Of a stretch of 64,000 nucleotides of DNA, positions 39,389-51,831 are shown in pieces. The DNA comes from Camelus ferus. Its lineage: Eukaryota. A model generated the notes under the pieces. The model had not been told where the DNA came from and ran no database searches. It saw nothing but the letters and a program-made list of their open reading frames with translations. The stretch's first letter is position 1. The number at the start of each line of letters is the position of its first letter. The DNA lies in NCBI RefSeq assembly GCF_009834535.1, contig NC_045696.1:111292001-111356000 (forward strand), read 5' to 3'. The position numbers were made by a program, and so were the translations under genes.

Positions 39389-40329
39389 GCCCTCAGTGAG
39401 ATGGCCAGTGGTGAGATTTCTGCCTGGGCCAGATTCTGGTAATGAAAACTGTACCAGAGAGCATCCAGAAAGGTTTCACCTCAAACAACAGGCTTCACCC
39501 GTCTCTGTTCAGGAAACCCAGCTTCACAGCCGTGGAGCCCTCTCTAATTCACGGGTTGAAGGGGGTGTCTTTGTGCACAGGGTAGCAGGTGACTTGAATT
39601 CCACCCAAGTGTTCTGAACTTGGTAAGAGAAACCTGTTGTGTCTATAAATAACATCATCCCGCTCAGTAGGTACACTCCATCCTTGTTACTGCTTCTACT
39701 CCAGTACTGCCCATGTCCTGTTGACGTCCACTGTGGTCTCTTGAAACAATCAGAGCACCAGCCTCTAAAAATGATCACACTGTCCTAGTCAGCCTCTGAA
39801 GCAGGACCAAGACACACACACTGAAGGATCAGGCTCGTGTGCGATCATGTATGTCAATGTCTAAGTTATTTAAGCCTGAAATATCCTAGTTTCCTTAATC
39901 TATCTTTGTGAAGGCTTTAACCCTTTTGAATCTACTTGTATTTTCACTCATGATTAGTTCTTCCATATAATGACTCTGTAAGCTCATCCTCCGCTAAATG
40001 AAACACGGCCCCAAATGCAACTTCATCAAGTTCAAAGGGGTGATTTTCTTAATGCACAAGAGCATGTCAGAAAATGAAGCATGTTATAAACTGTCATTTA
40101 TTTAAGCAGATTCAGGCTGATGCGGAGAGACAGCTGGTAGTCTTGAGACTATAGGATAAAAGGTACGAGAATCTTCTGACTGCTGTCTTATCTTTAGATA
40201 AAGCAAAGGAGTCTTGATCTTTGGCAATTAAAATTGCCCAATAAGACATTCTTAAATTAAATGAATCACTCATCCTTATCAGAAAATGAAGACTACTGGG
40301 ATACCCTTTAACAAATTACTTTTCACAGT

Positions 40330-40429
40330 GGGGAGGGTAACAGCTCAGTGGTAGAGTGCCTGCTTGGCATGCATGATGTCCTGGGTTCAATCCCCAGTAC
40401 CTCCAATTAAAAAAAAAAAAAAAAAAAAA
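40330..40429 (+). mobile_element. tRNA-Ala-derived SINE (Vic-1 type)
   Basis: GGGGAGGGTAACAGCTCAGTGGTAGAG...CCTGGGTTCAATCCCCAGTACCTCCA plus poly-A. Confidence 0.9.
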
Positions 40430-40535
40430 GCAACTCTACTTAACCCCGCCAAAGCAAACCAAACAAACGAATATAAAGTAGTCCTGGAGAATACATTCCT
40501 TGGTTTCCATTTTTTTTTCAATTACTTTTCTCACA

Positions 40536-40538
<3 letters not shown>

Positions 40539-40594
<56 letters not shown>
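40539..40594. repeat. (AC)n microsatellite
   Basis: Uninterrupted AC run. Confidence 0.98.
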
Positions 40595-40596
<2 letters not shown>

Positions 40597-42802
40597 CTTC
40601 CTCGTCTCCTGGATGCATTTTTCTTACCTTGGGGATCACTATGCCCTTCTTACCTGAGGCTCATCCCAGCGCCAAGTGTACCAATGATCAAAAGTTGAGA
40701 GATGAGGCTGGGTTCTCAAGAACTCATTATATTTCTTCGCAGTTTTGTTTAAAACAGAGACAGAGAAAGGAAAAAGGAAGAAAAAGAAATATCTTCAAGA
40801 GAGAAGAGAACGAACTTTGAAGTGGCTTCGGTAACTCAAAACCAGCCCATTTTGTTCCCTTCCATTCTTTCATGTCTCCGTTTCCATCTTGGCAGAACTG
40901 TAATCATTAGGAGATGCATTAAAAGATCGAAGGCTTGGATGATCTTTAGAACCATTCTAGCATTTTCTTGAGTACTTTCTTCATTGTATGACATGGAAGA
41001 AAGAAGGTTTTTGAGAAGAAATCACTTGTCCCTTCACCTTCATCTGGTTACGCCTAAATTCTTATTATTGGCAGCTTGTTAAGAGGTTACCAGGACTATT
41101 CAGTTCACATTAAAAGACTTTCCTATCTGGACACCAACTCTTTAAGGTATTTTGCTCTTTTTCAAACACAGACAGTGAGAAAGAAAGAGCAGTCATTTTG
41201 AGACTTTTTCTAACATGAGTAAAATTAAGGTAATAATGTTTGAAATCTAAATATATACTACTAAAATAGATCCTATGTTTAAGAAGTGACTTTGTCTTAT
41301 CTTCATTTTGAAATCCTAACGCTTTTAGCTTCAAGTCTCTGTCCTTCCCGCCTTTGTCCAGTAGCTAGCGAGCTATACAGAGTTATTTAAATGTGTTAGG
41401 CTGACCCTCTCTATAGGGTCTACAGGAATATTTTTGTCTCAGAATCGTTTTTCAGAATTAACAATCAAAACCCAAATTCTCTGCTTCATGAAATTTAGTG
41501 GCTCCGTAATGGGTTTTCTTACAAGAACTGACACAACGTTGTAAAACAATGATACTTATATTGTAAAACAATAAGATAAAACCTTTCTAATTAAATAAGA
41601 GTTAAGGTTATTCTGAAGGACTGTAAGTCTGTGATTTATATGGAACCGGGTATCTGATTGGTGCTGAATAAACAGCATGGCCTCCTTTCCATGTCTCTGT
41701 TTAGTGCATGTTTGCACTTTGTTTCCCATCTTTTCTGGACCAGGTGCTGCTGCTGTACCCTACACACAGCTGCACCTGAAGAGATGTCGTTGCTCGAAAA
41801 CAGCTGCTACCTCAGAAAATCCTAATATTGCCACACCTTCACCATATTGGTCACGGCACGTCTTCCTCTCAGTAAGCATTCCTGTTAAATGGAGCCCGGA
41901 ACAAAATGTCTTGTTGGCCGTCCTTTTCTTGCAAGGTCAGTGTCAGGAAGGAAGTGTTTACAAGCTCTGTGCAAGACAGGAAAACAGGAGGATAACACTA
42001 GTGACCGTGGCTGCACAGACTTCTGTCAACCACTCACTGCACACCATGATCACGTTTCCTCAGTGCCTCCTAGTCCTGCTGTCTCCCAGGACTTTATTTG
42101 AACGGAATTGAGAAAGATCTGAATGCGTATGGTATATGCTGCAATTCAGTTAAAGGGAAATTTGAGGACTGAGCCACATATTGGGGGAAAGTAGCTTAAA
42201 AGTCATCGTTAAGAATATGAGAAACAATACATAGGGGAAAAAGGACACACAGTGGAAAATGGCCAGGAGAAAAAAAAATTTTTTTGCCAAACTATTTTTT
42301 CTTACAGTACATTCACTCTCTCTGGATTTCAGAGTGTGACTTTTCTGGATGATTCCAGCCATCTGTGTAATATAAATAGATTAGCAGAAGATGTGGATTT
42401 GGGCTATGAACTGTTGGAAGTGAAAAATCTCCTAGTTTTCAAATCTGGCTGGGATTGGTGGCAGAGTAGGACATTTGGACAGCAGCCATGAAGTTGGCAG
42501 CCACCATGATGCAGAACGTGGAAAAACATCATAAAAGAAGGAAGATATAAAAGGAAGTCAGGAGAGGAAGTCTGTGTGTCACCAAGACCATCTTCCTCTC
42601 TCTAAGCCATTTCAGGTAGATGACTGTCGGCCCTGACCTTGAAGAAATTCCAGGAGTGAAGAGTTTTATTTGAGTGGAAAATAAAGCATATAATTTTTTT
42701 TAATCAGGAAGTTATGTAGGAAGCTCTGAAAAAATGGTAGAAGACAGAGTATTGGTTTTATCATGATCCAGTCCACAAGCATAAAAATGTTTTCCCTAAA
42801 AC

Positions 42803-42969
42803 GAAATGGTTCACGAAATGTGGTTCCTGCATCTGTGTTATCAGCATCCCCTGGGACTGAGTTGGACATCCAAATCCCTGGGACAGCCTCAGACCTGCTG
42901 ACTCAGAAAACTGTGTTTTAACATACCCACTGAGTGATTCTGATGCATGGTGAAGTCTGAGAACCATGG
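42803..42969. mobile_element. MER5-like hAT DNA transposon
   Basis: ATCAGCATCCCCTGGGA...CAGACCTGCTGACTCAGAA...GTGATTCTGATGCA..TGAAGTCTGAGAACCA. Confidence 0.8.
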
Positions 42970-43079
42970 CTCCAAGCCTTCAGTAAATGACCACTGAAAC
43001 AGAGAGATGTCATTTGAGACAAGTCTTTGTCTGCCAAGACTTCACATGCTCACAATGGATGCATAGCAGGGGTGGAAAG

Positions 43080-43430
43080 ATCAGGGATCTCAAATGCCTA
43101 CAGAAGACAAGAAGTTGTGCAGAGCTGTGCTGGTTGCACTGAGAGGCCCAGCAAGGCAGGCAGCATGACTGAGGGTGATGGGCCAGGCAAGGACTGTGAT
43201 GTCCTGGAAAGAGGATCAGCCCCCTCACAGGACCCCTCCATTATTCAGCTCTGGCTTCTTTTTGCCTTGAGGAAATGCAAGCCCAGTAATGCTGGATTTT
43301 CCAATTTTTTTTAAGAGACTGGAAATAAGAATTTTTATGTGCATGAACATATTTTAAAATCTTTGCCAGTTCAGTTGAAAAAAATAAATATTGGTTAAGC
43401 TAAAGAAAACTGATGATTGGTATCAATTCA
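43080..43430. mobile_element. MER102-like hAT DNA transposon remnant
   Basis: CTCAAATGCCTACAG...GGAAATGCAAGCCCAGT...TTTTTTAAGAGA..GGAAAT..GAATTTTTATGTG. Confidence 0.55.
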
Positions 43431-43689
43431 ACCTCTGTATTGGACAATGGTAAGAGGCTAGGATGACGTGGGGCAAGGAGGGCAGATGTCTCCAAGCTTG
43501 GATTCTTCTTCTTATGGTGTTTCCAAAATTACATTTAAACACACAGCCATTTGCATTTATACTGTGATTTTAAATACTCTAAGGTACCACTTCTCCATAA
43601 TTTCTGAAATTCCATCATTAGAGATAATCTCCATTAGTTTAACTATTCATACCTGGGATGTTTTCTTTCTTCTGAAAAATCCTAGAAGG

Positions 43690-43890
43690 GTGGTCATGTG
43701 AACATGGCCTTCAGAGTCATATGATTCAGTTCAAATCCTGTCATTTATTCACTATAATTTTGAATATGTTATGACATCTTTCTAAACTTCCATTTCTTCA
43801 GCTGTCGTTTAAGGATAAGCAGTGCTACCTTTTCTGTTATATTTAGTGATAATTTTCAGACCAACATTCAAACTCAATAAATGATATTTA
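43690..43890 (+). mobile_element. MIR SINE
   Basis: CAGAGTCA...GTTCAAATCCTG...TTTCTTCAGCTGT...CTCAATAAATG. Confidence 0.6.
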
Positions 43891-45044
43891 CTCTTCTTGT
43901 TTCAGTCATAAACACCTTCCTGTGAATGACTTTGCTAAACTGCTTTTTTTTCCAGGAATTTGAGAGAAAGAAAATTTAATGATGAAAGAAATAGAGTTAA
44001 CTTGAGAATCGAACAACAAATAGAGGTGAAATGATTATGCGCCAGATGTCCTGGAAGTTGACCAGATGGGCAGCAATTGCAATGGAATTTCCTGGTCTAG
44101 ATGTCGTTCTCGTGAGGGTCTTGCTCCCAGAACTCTCAGGTGTATAGAGCTGACAGAGACATGTTGTAGGTTCCTTACCTGCAGAACACCATCAACGAAT
44201 TTCTGATCATTAATACTCAAGACTCCTTGAAAACAAATCACCAAAACAATCTTTACATATGTTTACATTAACTTTAGAAATATCTTGAAAATACACCTGT
44301 GCCTCTATTCATGCTTTCTGTCTGCCTCCCTGCTCTGCCACACTGCTATTAATAATTCATCAGAGCATAATTCTGTGATATATTTTCAATTGTGTTTCAC
44401 AATTTTCTTCTCATGGATTAATAATGAAGAACAAAAAAATTATCTGACCAATGAAATGTATTATTCAGTATGCTTCTGCCCACATTTTTATTTTGAAAAA
44501 TACAGGTTAGAACCCTGTGGCTAGTCCAAATGAAACATGAATGGAAAAACTTAAAATGTCTAAATTTTCTTAAGACATTCTACCTTTTTGTTGTCATTGT
44601 TGATATGAATCCAAATAAGTTGATTATGTAGAATATCTTTTTTTCTCTAAACTGTTGGTAAATTTTTATTTTAATAACTCTCATATCACATTGGAAGTGT
44701 GTAATGTATATCAAACTCACAGATGAAAAAATCTATGTAACTAAGGTGAAAATAATAAATTGTAGTTGACATGAGGTAAATGACAGTTTCACAGGTACAG
44801 CCCAGTCAGTATCTTCCGGGATCTAAATTAGGAGTCAGTGGCTGTTCTGAAGGGTCATGCCAAGTTTCTGTTGATGTTCTCACATAAGCTTGGAGCATTG
44901 CTAACCCTACTCTGAATGGACTTAGTCCAGTCAAAGTGTGGCTTGCTTTGTCAGGGACAAGGAATGGTATAGAATCTACTATAGAGAGGTAGGTTGACAG
45001 GCCTGCAAAAGGAGAAGGGAAACATCTAACAGAATTAAAAGAGG

Positions 45045-45192
45045 GTGGAAGGGTGTAGCTCAGTGGTAGAGCATGTCCCTAGCACACATGAAGTCCTGGG
45101 TTCAATCCCCAGTACCTCTAATAAAATAAACGAACAAACAAATAAAACAAAAGACAAACAAAAAAAGTACCTGCTTTAAAAAGAAAAAAAAG
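45045..45192 (+). mobile_element. tRNA-Ala-derived SINE (Vic-1 type)
   Basis: GGGTGTAGCTCAGTGGTAGAG...GTCCTGGGTTCAATCCCCAGTACCTC plus A-rich tail. Confidence 0.88.
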
Positions 45193-45920
45193 GGGGGAAG
45201 GGGTCTTCAGGGACTGGGAGAGAGGGAGAGAACAGAGTACGTCGTTGTCTCTTATATTACAACCCTCTATGTGGGGTCTAGTAAACAAACACACAAAACA
45301 CACGTGTTCTTGACCAAAAGGAAGTTTTGCCATCAAAGCTGTTTAATCCTTGCCGGCTTGCTTATGAATGATTACCGAAAGTATTGATAAAATTTTCAAC
45401 TGACATGGATGTGACTCTGCATATTTTTCAAGAAAGAAAAAAAAAAACTGAAAAAAAAATGACAAAACTTAAACAAGGCTTTCAAGATTTATCAGTGGAT
45501 CAAAATTTAATTATCTTCTAATGAAGAAGAAGCAGGTTTCCAGATGAATAGAGATTTGGCCTCAAACAATGAGGGACACAGAATGTCTCAAATTAGCTTA
45601 TAAACATGTGTTGAGTAACTGCTCCACACAGGACTGCATTGCTGAAGATGATGGTGTAACTGCCCCTGCCCTTGGAGAAGTGGCAATCTAATGAGGAAGA
45701 AATATCTATTATTAAAAATATGTATACATATATACAACATGTATTATAATACATATTTATTATTATTGCTGTTTTAATTTTCATTAAATGCTAAGGCAGA
45801 TTTGCATGCAGAAGAGTGTCAGCCTAATATAGTTTTCTGTAGATGACATCTAAGATGATTCTTAAGTAACTGTGCGTCTTGGGGGAAGATGTGAGACCAG
45901 GTTGAGAGTGGTGTTGTGTA

Positions 45921-46466
45921 TGTTAAGCAGTTAGGTAAGAGGGGGCACCGGGCAGATAAGGTGAAGGAGAGGGAGGGTGGTCAGGAAGATGGCGGTGTGC
46001 CCGCCTCCAGCATAAAGGGGCTTCCCTTCCCCTAAATGAGCGCCTGCAAGAAACCAGCTAGAACCCGGCAGCAGCAACTGCTCAGTAGCGAGAAGGACTT
46101 AGCCGGACATGACCCAGTGCTCACTGTAATATAATTAGCATTGCGGTTTAGGCCCCGCCATGGGTTTTTCTGTGCACATCATGGGTAAGGACATGTGGAA
46201 AAACGGACGAGCATGATTCAGCACGCCAGGGGCAAGAGCCATCCATCAATCAAGAGACCACCCCTAAGGGAGGGCATAAAAGAGACAAAGACCACTGCGG
46301 TCCGCCCCTGGATCAGCTTGCCTCCCATTCTCGGAGGCCTACTTTCCCTTTACCAATATAACTTTTAAAATCTTTTGCTACACAAGGCTTCCATCTCCCG
46401 TCTGAATTCTTCTCTTTCAGGTAAGACAAGAACTGAGGTCTTTTCCCTTCCCATTTTGGAGTAATA
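45921..46466 (+). mobile_element. ERV1-type solo LTR, CpG-retaining
   Basis: TGTTAA start, GTAAtA end, flanks TGTA/TATA; YY1-type AAGATGGCGG 45986-45995, CATAAAA TATA-like box ~46275, CTGAATTCTT...AGACAAGAAC U5-type end. Confidence 0.75.
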
Positions 46467-46489
46467 TATATATTAAACACATTTACTCC

Positions 46490-47240
46490 ATTTCTTCTCT
46501 ACTTTCAGTAGCCAAGTTCACGTCACAAACATCCTTAGCCCTGACTACCAAAACACCCCCTAACCATCATACCCATTCTCGCCCCCTCTAACCCATACTT
46601 CGCTTGGCAGTATGGGTAATGTCTTCAAATAATGCATTTTACCATGTTATGGCCCTGCTTAGAGGTTTTCAAAGATGTTTCCCTTGCAGTTAAGATAACA
46701 TTATAGCTCTTTCCATGAGTTAGAAGACCTTGCATGATCTAGCCTTTGCCTCTTTCCAGTACTCTTGAATATTGCTTTTCTCCCTATGCCCTGGCCACAG
46801 GGGTCACTGCAGGTCCCCCAAACACCTTGCTGGTTGCTGCATCAGAAATGTAGCACAGGCTGCTTGCTGTCCCAACTCTCCTCCTGGTTGTCTGCTTCCC
46901 GTGCATCCTGTCTTTGCTTAAAGGTCTCTCCCTCTAGAGGTCCCCTCCAGCTCCATCTCAGCATCTGCCTTTGCATTTGCTTCACTTCCGTCATCATTAT
47001 GGTAATTTAAAAATCTCGGCTCTTCCTCTTCAGTGTCTTTCCGAGCACCTAGTGTAGTTCATAAAATTTTAAATTATTCATGTTAAATTCTAAGTTATAA
47101 ATAAGTGAACATGTTTAAGTTGGTCTCTCCCACCAGGAGGTCAGGCTGGAGTAACATCTGTTTCCTCTCCATTGTTTCCCAGCATCTAGCACAGAACTGA
47201 GCGTTTAATTAGATGCTCAATAAATGTTTGTTGAATGAGT
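46490..47240 (+). mobile_element. L2 LINE 3' region
   Basis: AGACCTTGCATGATCT, CCCAGCATCTAGCACAG...GCTCAATAAATGTTTGTTGAATGA terminus. Confidence 0.8.
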
Positions 47241-47264
47241 AAAAGAAGGAGGCAGCATCATACA

Positions 47265-47490
47265 CATGTCATCTGCTTCCCTAAGAATGAAGGCTCACAG
47301 AAAGAAAGAGAGCAGGAGAATGTGAGCTTGACAGAGTCCGGCTTTTATAGCCTCATATCAGAGTGCTATTCCATCACTGTTGCTGCATTCTCTTCAGTAA
47401 GAGTAACTCACTGGATCCAGCCCACACGCAAGAGGAGGAGATTACACAAGGATGTGACTACTGTGTGTGTCAGGCCCTGACCTACATCTA
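47265..47490 (-). mobile_element. MLT1-type MaLR LTR fragment
   Basis: CATCACTGTTGCTGCATTCT...TCCAGCCCACACGCAAGAGGAGGAGATTACACAAGG.TGTGA. Confidence 0.7.
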
Positions 47491-47491
47491 C

Positions 47492-48070
47492 TGAAACAGA
47501 GCAGGACACTGTGGGGCCCTCCTGGGTACAAAAGCTTTTCTTGTTTGTAGGAAAAAGGCTTCAGTTTCTGAGACCTTCTCTGAGTTCCAAAGGGCACATT
47601 CAAACAGTTACTACTTCTGGCAGTGAAGGAACGCAGAAACAAAGGAGAAGCAGTCAGGAAACAATAGTGCAGTGATGAAGCTGAGTCCTGGCTCCTCCTT
47701 AAGGAATGTACACAATAGTACGATACCATGTATCTCTGAGTTCTTCTGCAGGAACTAAGCCCCCGCAGGTAACCAGGCTGCGCACAAGCACATGGACCCC
47801 TTCTGGTTGGGACCAAAAGGTTGATGACTGAGATTCCTGAAACACCACCCTGTTCCGTCACCACCAACCAATCAGAAGAAAGTCATGCACCCTGCCTCCC
47901 TCCCTCCAAACTTGCTTTTAAAAGCTCCTCCCCCCAAACCATCAGGGCGTTCAGGTCTTATGAGCACTAAAGCCATCCATTCTCCTGGCTTGGCCCTTTA
48001 GTAAACCTTTCTTTGCTCCAAACACTGTCATTTCCATTTGTTTGGCCTCACTGTGCATCGAGCACACAGT
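47492..48070 (+). mobile_element. Artiodactyl ERV1-type solo LTR
   Basis: TGAAACAGAGCAGGAC start, ACCAATCAG CCAAT box, TTTAAAA TATA-like box, AGTAAA polyA-like signal, TTTGGCCTCACTGTGCATCG.GCACAC end. Confidence 0.8.
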
Positions 48071-49244
48071 CACACACACTGAATGTGACTCTGCAGCATG
48101 ACAGTATTCGATGTCAAAGCACACTGACGTTTGAAAAAGAACTGTTGAAGCTGACTGGAACAGGCAGTCAAATACAGAACTAACCTGGAGTTTGCCCTTC
48201 TGTCCTCTTAACTGCTGTGCTGTTTTGTCTCTACCAGTAGTTGCAGTGCACAGAGTAGCAAGTGATTTTTTAGATACACATAATCTATAAATTAGAGCAG
48301 ACTCAGGGTTATTCCTTGGATACCCACCATCTCTCACGTTTGCATTCTAACATGGCTTTTGCAGGGGGAAGGGGTGCAGTTCAAACAATCACATCGGGAT
48401 TGGTGAAGAGTGAATCCAGCGTCCCCCTCACGTGAGCCGCCATGCAGCAAGTGTTGACAATGCTGCTCTAGAGTGTAGGGCAGCCTGACCTCAAGCTCCC
48501 TGAAAATTAAATGGGGTTAACCTTAGTGGTTTATCACCATGCATCACTTCTGCCATTCGTGCCAGTAAAATTGATCTGAGTTAGAAAAAGCCAGAAGAGT
48601 AGGATTCTGAGGTCCTGCCAGTAGTATTTCTTTCCTGCTGACTACGTGAAGCAGTGGAAGCCAACAACAGTAACTACAACCACAGCAAAAATTCTGGCCA
48701 TGTTCAAAAGATAATAATTTACAGCAGTCGATTACCCCTGATTCGCTAGGACACAACGCTGAAGTATTCTCCGAGGTTCACGTCAGAGCTGACTCCAGGC
48801 TTGCTGTCAAAACTAGGGAGTCTCGTGAAGTGCTGAATATGTGCTATGCCATGAACACCGATCAGAAGCAGAAGATCCCAGGGGGGAAGTCTTATGTGTA
48901 GACTTTCATGCTTCATGTAGATTTCATGGTAATGATTCCAACCGCCTTTCCCACAGCTGAGTGGGGCCAGAGTTAGACGCTGTCTAGGAAAGAGTAAATT
49001 GCCTATGGGTTGGCTGGCGGCCTTAGCATGAGCATTCTGCCCCATAAGAGGGGTCCACATGTGATACTGACATAAGGAACTGTGATTTTCGTTACAACTG
49101 TGGACCCAATAAACAATGTCTTTTAGTGTTGACCCTTGGGCATTCCCTTCCCTTTGAACCTGGGCCGGGCCCGTTGACTTGCTTTAATCAAAAGATCGCT
49201 GCAGAAGTGGAATTGTGGGCTTAGGACTTAAGGATGCTTGCTAG

Positions 49245-49927
49245 TGAGAACTACAAAACTCTCAGCACACAGTGGCTTCATCCAAAGCCCTTGCACTCTG
49301 AGACTTGACCAAATTCTAGTAAGGCTTCTAGTAATATAAGCTATGTGCCTACTCTGACCCCCGCCTCTGCTTAAAACACCTGCCTGAGAAAGCTCAGTAA
49401 CGCCAGGGGAATTTGTTGTTTGTTCCAGCCCAAACCTCCTGCTTGATAGGCCCCTGGACCCCCTGTAACGCAGTCACTGTAGAAAGCATGCGATTATAAA
49501 ATCATCTTGAGATGTAAATCTACCGCCCAGATGATTTCTCCAAGGACCTGGGAGCCTTCTCTTTGGAATGCAAACATTACGACTGCTGCTCTTGTTCCTG
49601 GTTCTCGGGGAAAGGTAAGGGCCTAATTTCAGTGGACGCTTTGCTGCAGCTTGCACCATTCGCTGCCTTTTGTCAAAAAGATACAACAGATTTGTTTCTC
49701 TTCTGGATAAGTGGCAGTTAGCAAACCCAGAGGCTTACTGACATAAACCACTGCCCTTTCCACCCCTCAGTGCCTTCCCCTAGCACCCCCGCCTTAAAAA
49801 TCTCCTGCCTCTTTGTTCAGCGAAATTCAGTTCATTTCAGGCTGAACTCTTCCCTCCTGCAATAGTTATTTATGGATAAATCTATTCTTACCACTGTAAC
49901 TAATGTCTGGTTTGTGCATCTCTAAGA
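49245..49927 (+). mobile_element. MER4-group ERV1 solo LTR (MER67/MER90/MER110-like)
   Basis: TGAGAAC start; CCTGCCTGAGAAAGCTC, CAAGGACCTGGGAGCC, CTTTGTTCAGCG...TGCAATAGT...GATAAA 3' part. Confidence 0.65.
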
Positions 49928-50052
49928 GCAGTGTCTTCTTTTCTCTTTCTGGAGCACTGAGCTACCATATCAGAGGTCCAGACACCCTGCAGGAAGGGAG
50001 GGATTCCGAGATCCTCTTGGGGAGAAAGGAGGAAGCCAGCCAACAGGGGAAG

Positions 50053-51063
50053 TGAGACAGGAGGGAAGGGGGCAGGGTACAATCACAAAAAGAATGACGG
50101 CCATTGAGGATACAACATAGACTGGTTAGAACCACCTAGGCCTAAGATGGTGGAATATTTGACTTCCAGTAGACCTTGAGCCTCATTATAGGCTCATTAT
50201 AATACATCAGCCACTAAATGACACTCACACAGGCACCGTGACAGTTCTCACACTGACCATAAAAGGACAAAAGTTTGGTGGGAGCCCAGTTCCTGGAAAT
50301 CGTCACCCCTTTCCCAAAACAGTTGGAATAATCCTCCCACTTGTTAGCCAATGAAATCACCCAGCCCATAAAAACTCACCACCTGCACCCTGGGGCCGCT
50401 CTACCTTCTGGGATGGACCACATTCTGTCTGTGAAATGTGCATCTCCCTAAATACACTTGCTTTCAGTTTGCTATGGCTTGCTCTTTAATTTTTTCCTGC
50501 ATGCCAACTGAAATAAAATGCACAACCTAGAAGTTGAGAGTTCTGTTTTATTTCGTGGACATTTCTGAGGACTTGAGCCTGGGATGGCAGCCTCTCAGAT
50601 CGCTCTGAGGGACTGCTCCGAAGTGGCAAGGTAGAAGCCAGGATCTATACATTTTTGCAACAAAGACCAGGTAAGTTGGAACATCAAAAGATTACTGTCA
50701 ATTAAAGAAAAACAGACCTCTCAAGTTAAGGAATTTAGCACTTTTCTATATATGGGACGGTGCAAAGTTCCGGTCTCGTTGAAATCGTTCCTTTGATGCG
50801 CACCTAGCTGTCTGGGGCCTGTGTCCTGTTCTTTCCCATCCTGGTCCCCTCAGGAGGCACCATTGGTGAGGGCGGGGCGGGGTGGGGGGGCGCTGCAGAG
50901 GCCGCGCTGCCTGCTTGTCTGCATCCTGAGTTCCCTCCACTCACTGTCGGGGGTGGCGGTAGTGGCTGATGACTTGATGGCCACAGCATCCTTCGTTTAT
51001 TGATATGGCTTTACAATGTTTTTTGTTCCCATATGCAAGACAAGAACCTACTCTCCAGTGACA
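50053..51063 (+). mobile_element. MER41-like ERV1 solo LTR, split by a nested LTR
   Basis: TG...CA ends, exact TSD GAAG (50049-50052, 51064-51067); clearly homologous to 53363-53931. Confidence 0.88.
50502..51033 (-). mobile_element. ERV1-type solo LTR (family A, copy 1), nested
   Basis: Exact TSD TGCA (50498-50501, 51034-51037); shares GAACATCAAAAGAT.ACTG, TCAAGTTAA.GA.TTTAGC, GCTTGATGG with 51832 and 56687 copies. Confidence 0.9.
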
Positions 51064-51831
51064 GAAGTAGGTTCCTGTACACACAACCCCACCAGGGACC
51101 CCAGTGTGGAGCTGTCCTAGGTGAGGCACCACATGTGAGAGAAGAAACCTGAACCTCAGGGGGACACCAAAGCCATCTCTGTGGCCCTTGGAAATCCTGA
51201 CCCACACAATCAGGAGCTCATAAAATAGCTGTGGTTTAATAGGAAGATGATACACTGTCAGAGAATCAAAGAGTAACCAATGGACCCCTTTCCCATGGAG
51301 ACAAGAGGAGGCAGTCAGCGGACTCACAAGTCACAAGCCAGTAGAAGCCATGCATTGGCTGAAACACTGGGACAGAGGGAAGAAGAGAAAGGAATTCCAG
51401 GGGCAGCAGAGCATACTGATGCACAGCCCCGGAGGGCAGCCCCCTGGCCTTCAGCCACGCTGCCATTCTGCTCCAGATCTCACCGGCAGCTGGAACTCTC
51501 TGGAGCTCTTGACTTCTTGCATTCTGTGACAGCACATGTAACCAACTCTTTCTCATTTCAGCCACTGAAATGGAGTGAGCACCTTCCAATCTCAGAGATG
51601 CCTAGGGCATGTGCCCTTCAACCCCTAGGAAAGTAAGGATGAGGGGGAAGGTGAATTCTTAATAATCCCACTTACAGTCTCAACTTACTCAAGAAACTGC
51701 ACTGACCTGGAAAACCACAATACAAATGAATGACATTTCTTATTTACCACGAACGATACGTTGTCTGTAATTTTCCCTTACGTGATGCTAGTTTTCTCTT
51801 TAACGATTACTTATATTCTTATGTATGCGTG

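Larger units (their letters stand above)
49097..51254 (+). mobile_element. MLT1 MaLR LTR broken in three pieces (49097-49244, ~49928-50052, 51064-51254)
   Basis: CCCTTTGAACCTGGGC.GG...TGACTTGCTTT..TCAA..GA..GCAGAAGTG; GAGCTACCATATCAGAGGTCC; AAATCCTGACCCACA.AATC..GAG..ATAAAAT - colinear MLT1 motifs. Confidence 0.65.

Noticed and set aside
40330..40405. Functional tRNA-Ala gene (also 34814 and 45045)
   Set aside because: Followed by A-rich tails, one copy has a TSD, stems are mismatched and there is no oligo-T terminator: SINEs.
40314..40530. AATTACTTTTC on both sides of the SINE as a TSD implying 3' transduction
   Set aside because: The left copy does not abut the SINE and the right one is not preceded by a poly-A tail; probably a chance AT-rich match.
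44170..44245. Minus-strand mini-exon ending CAG|GTAAGG
   Set aside because: Weak acceptor, no recognisable peptide, no supporting neighbouring exons.
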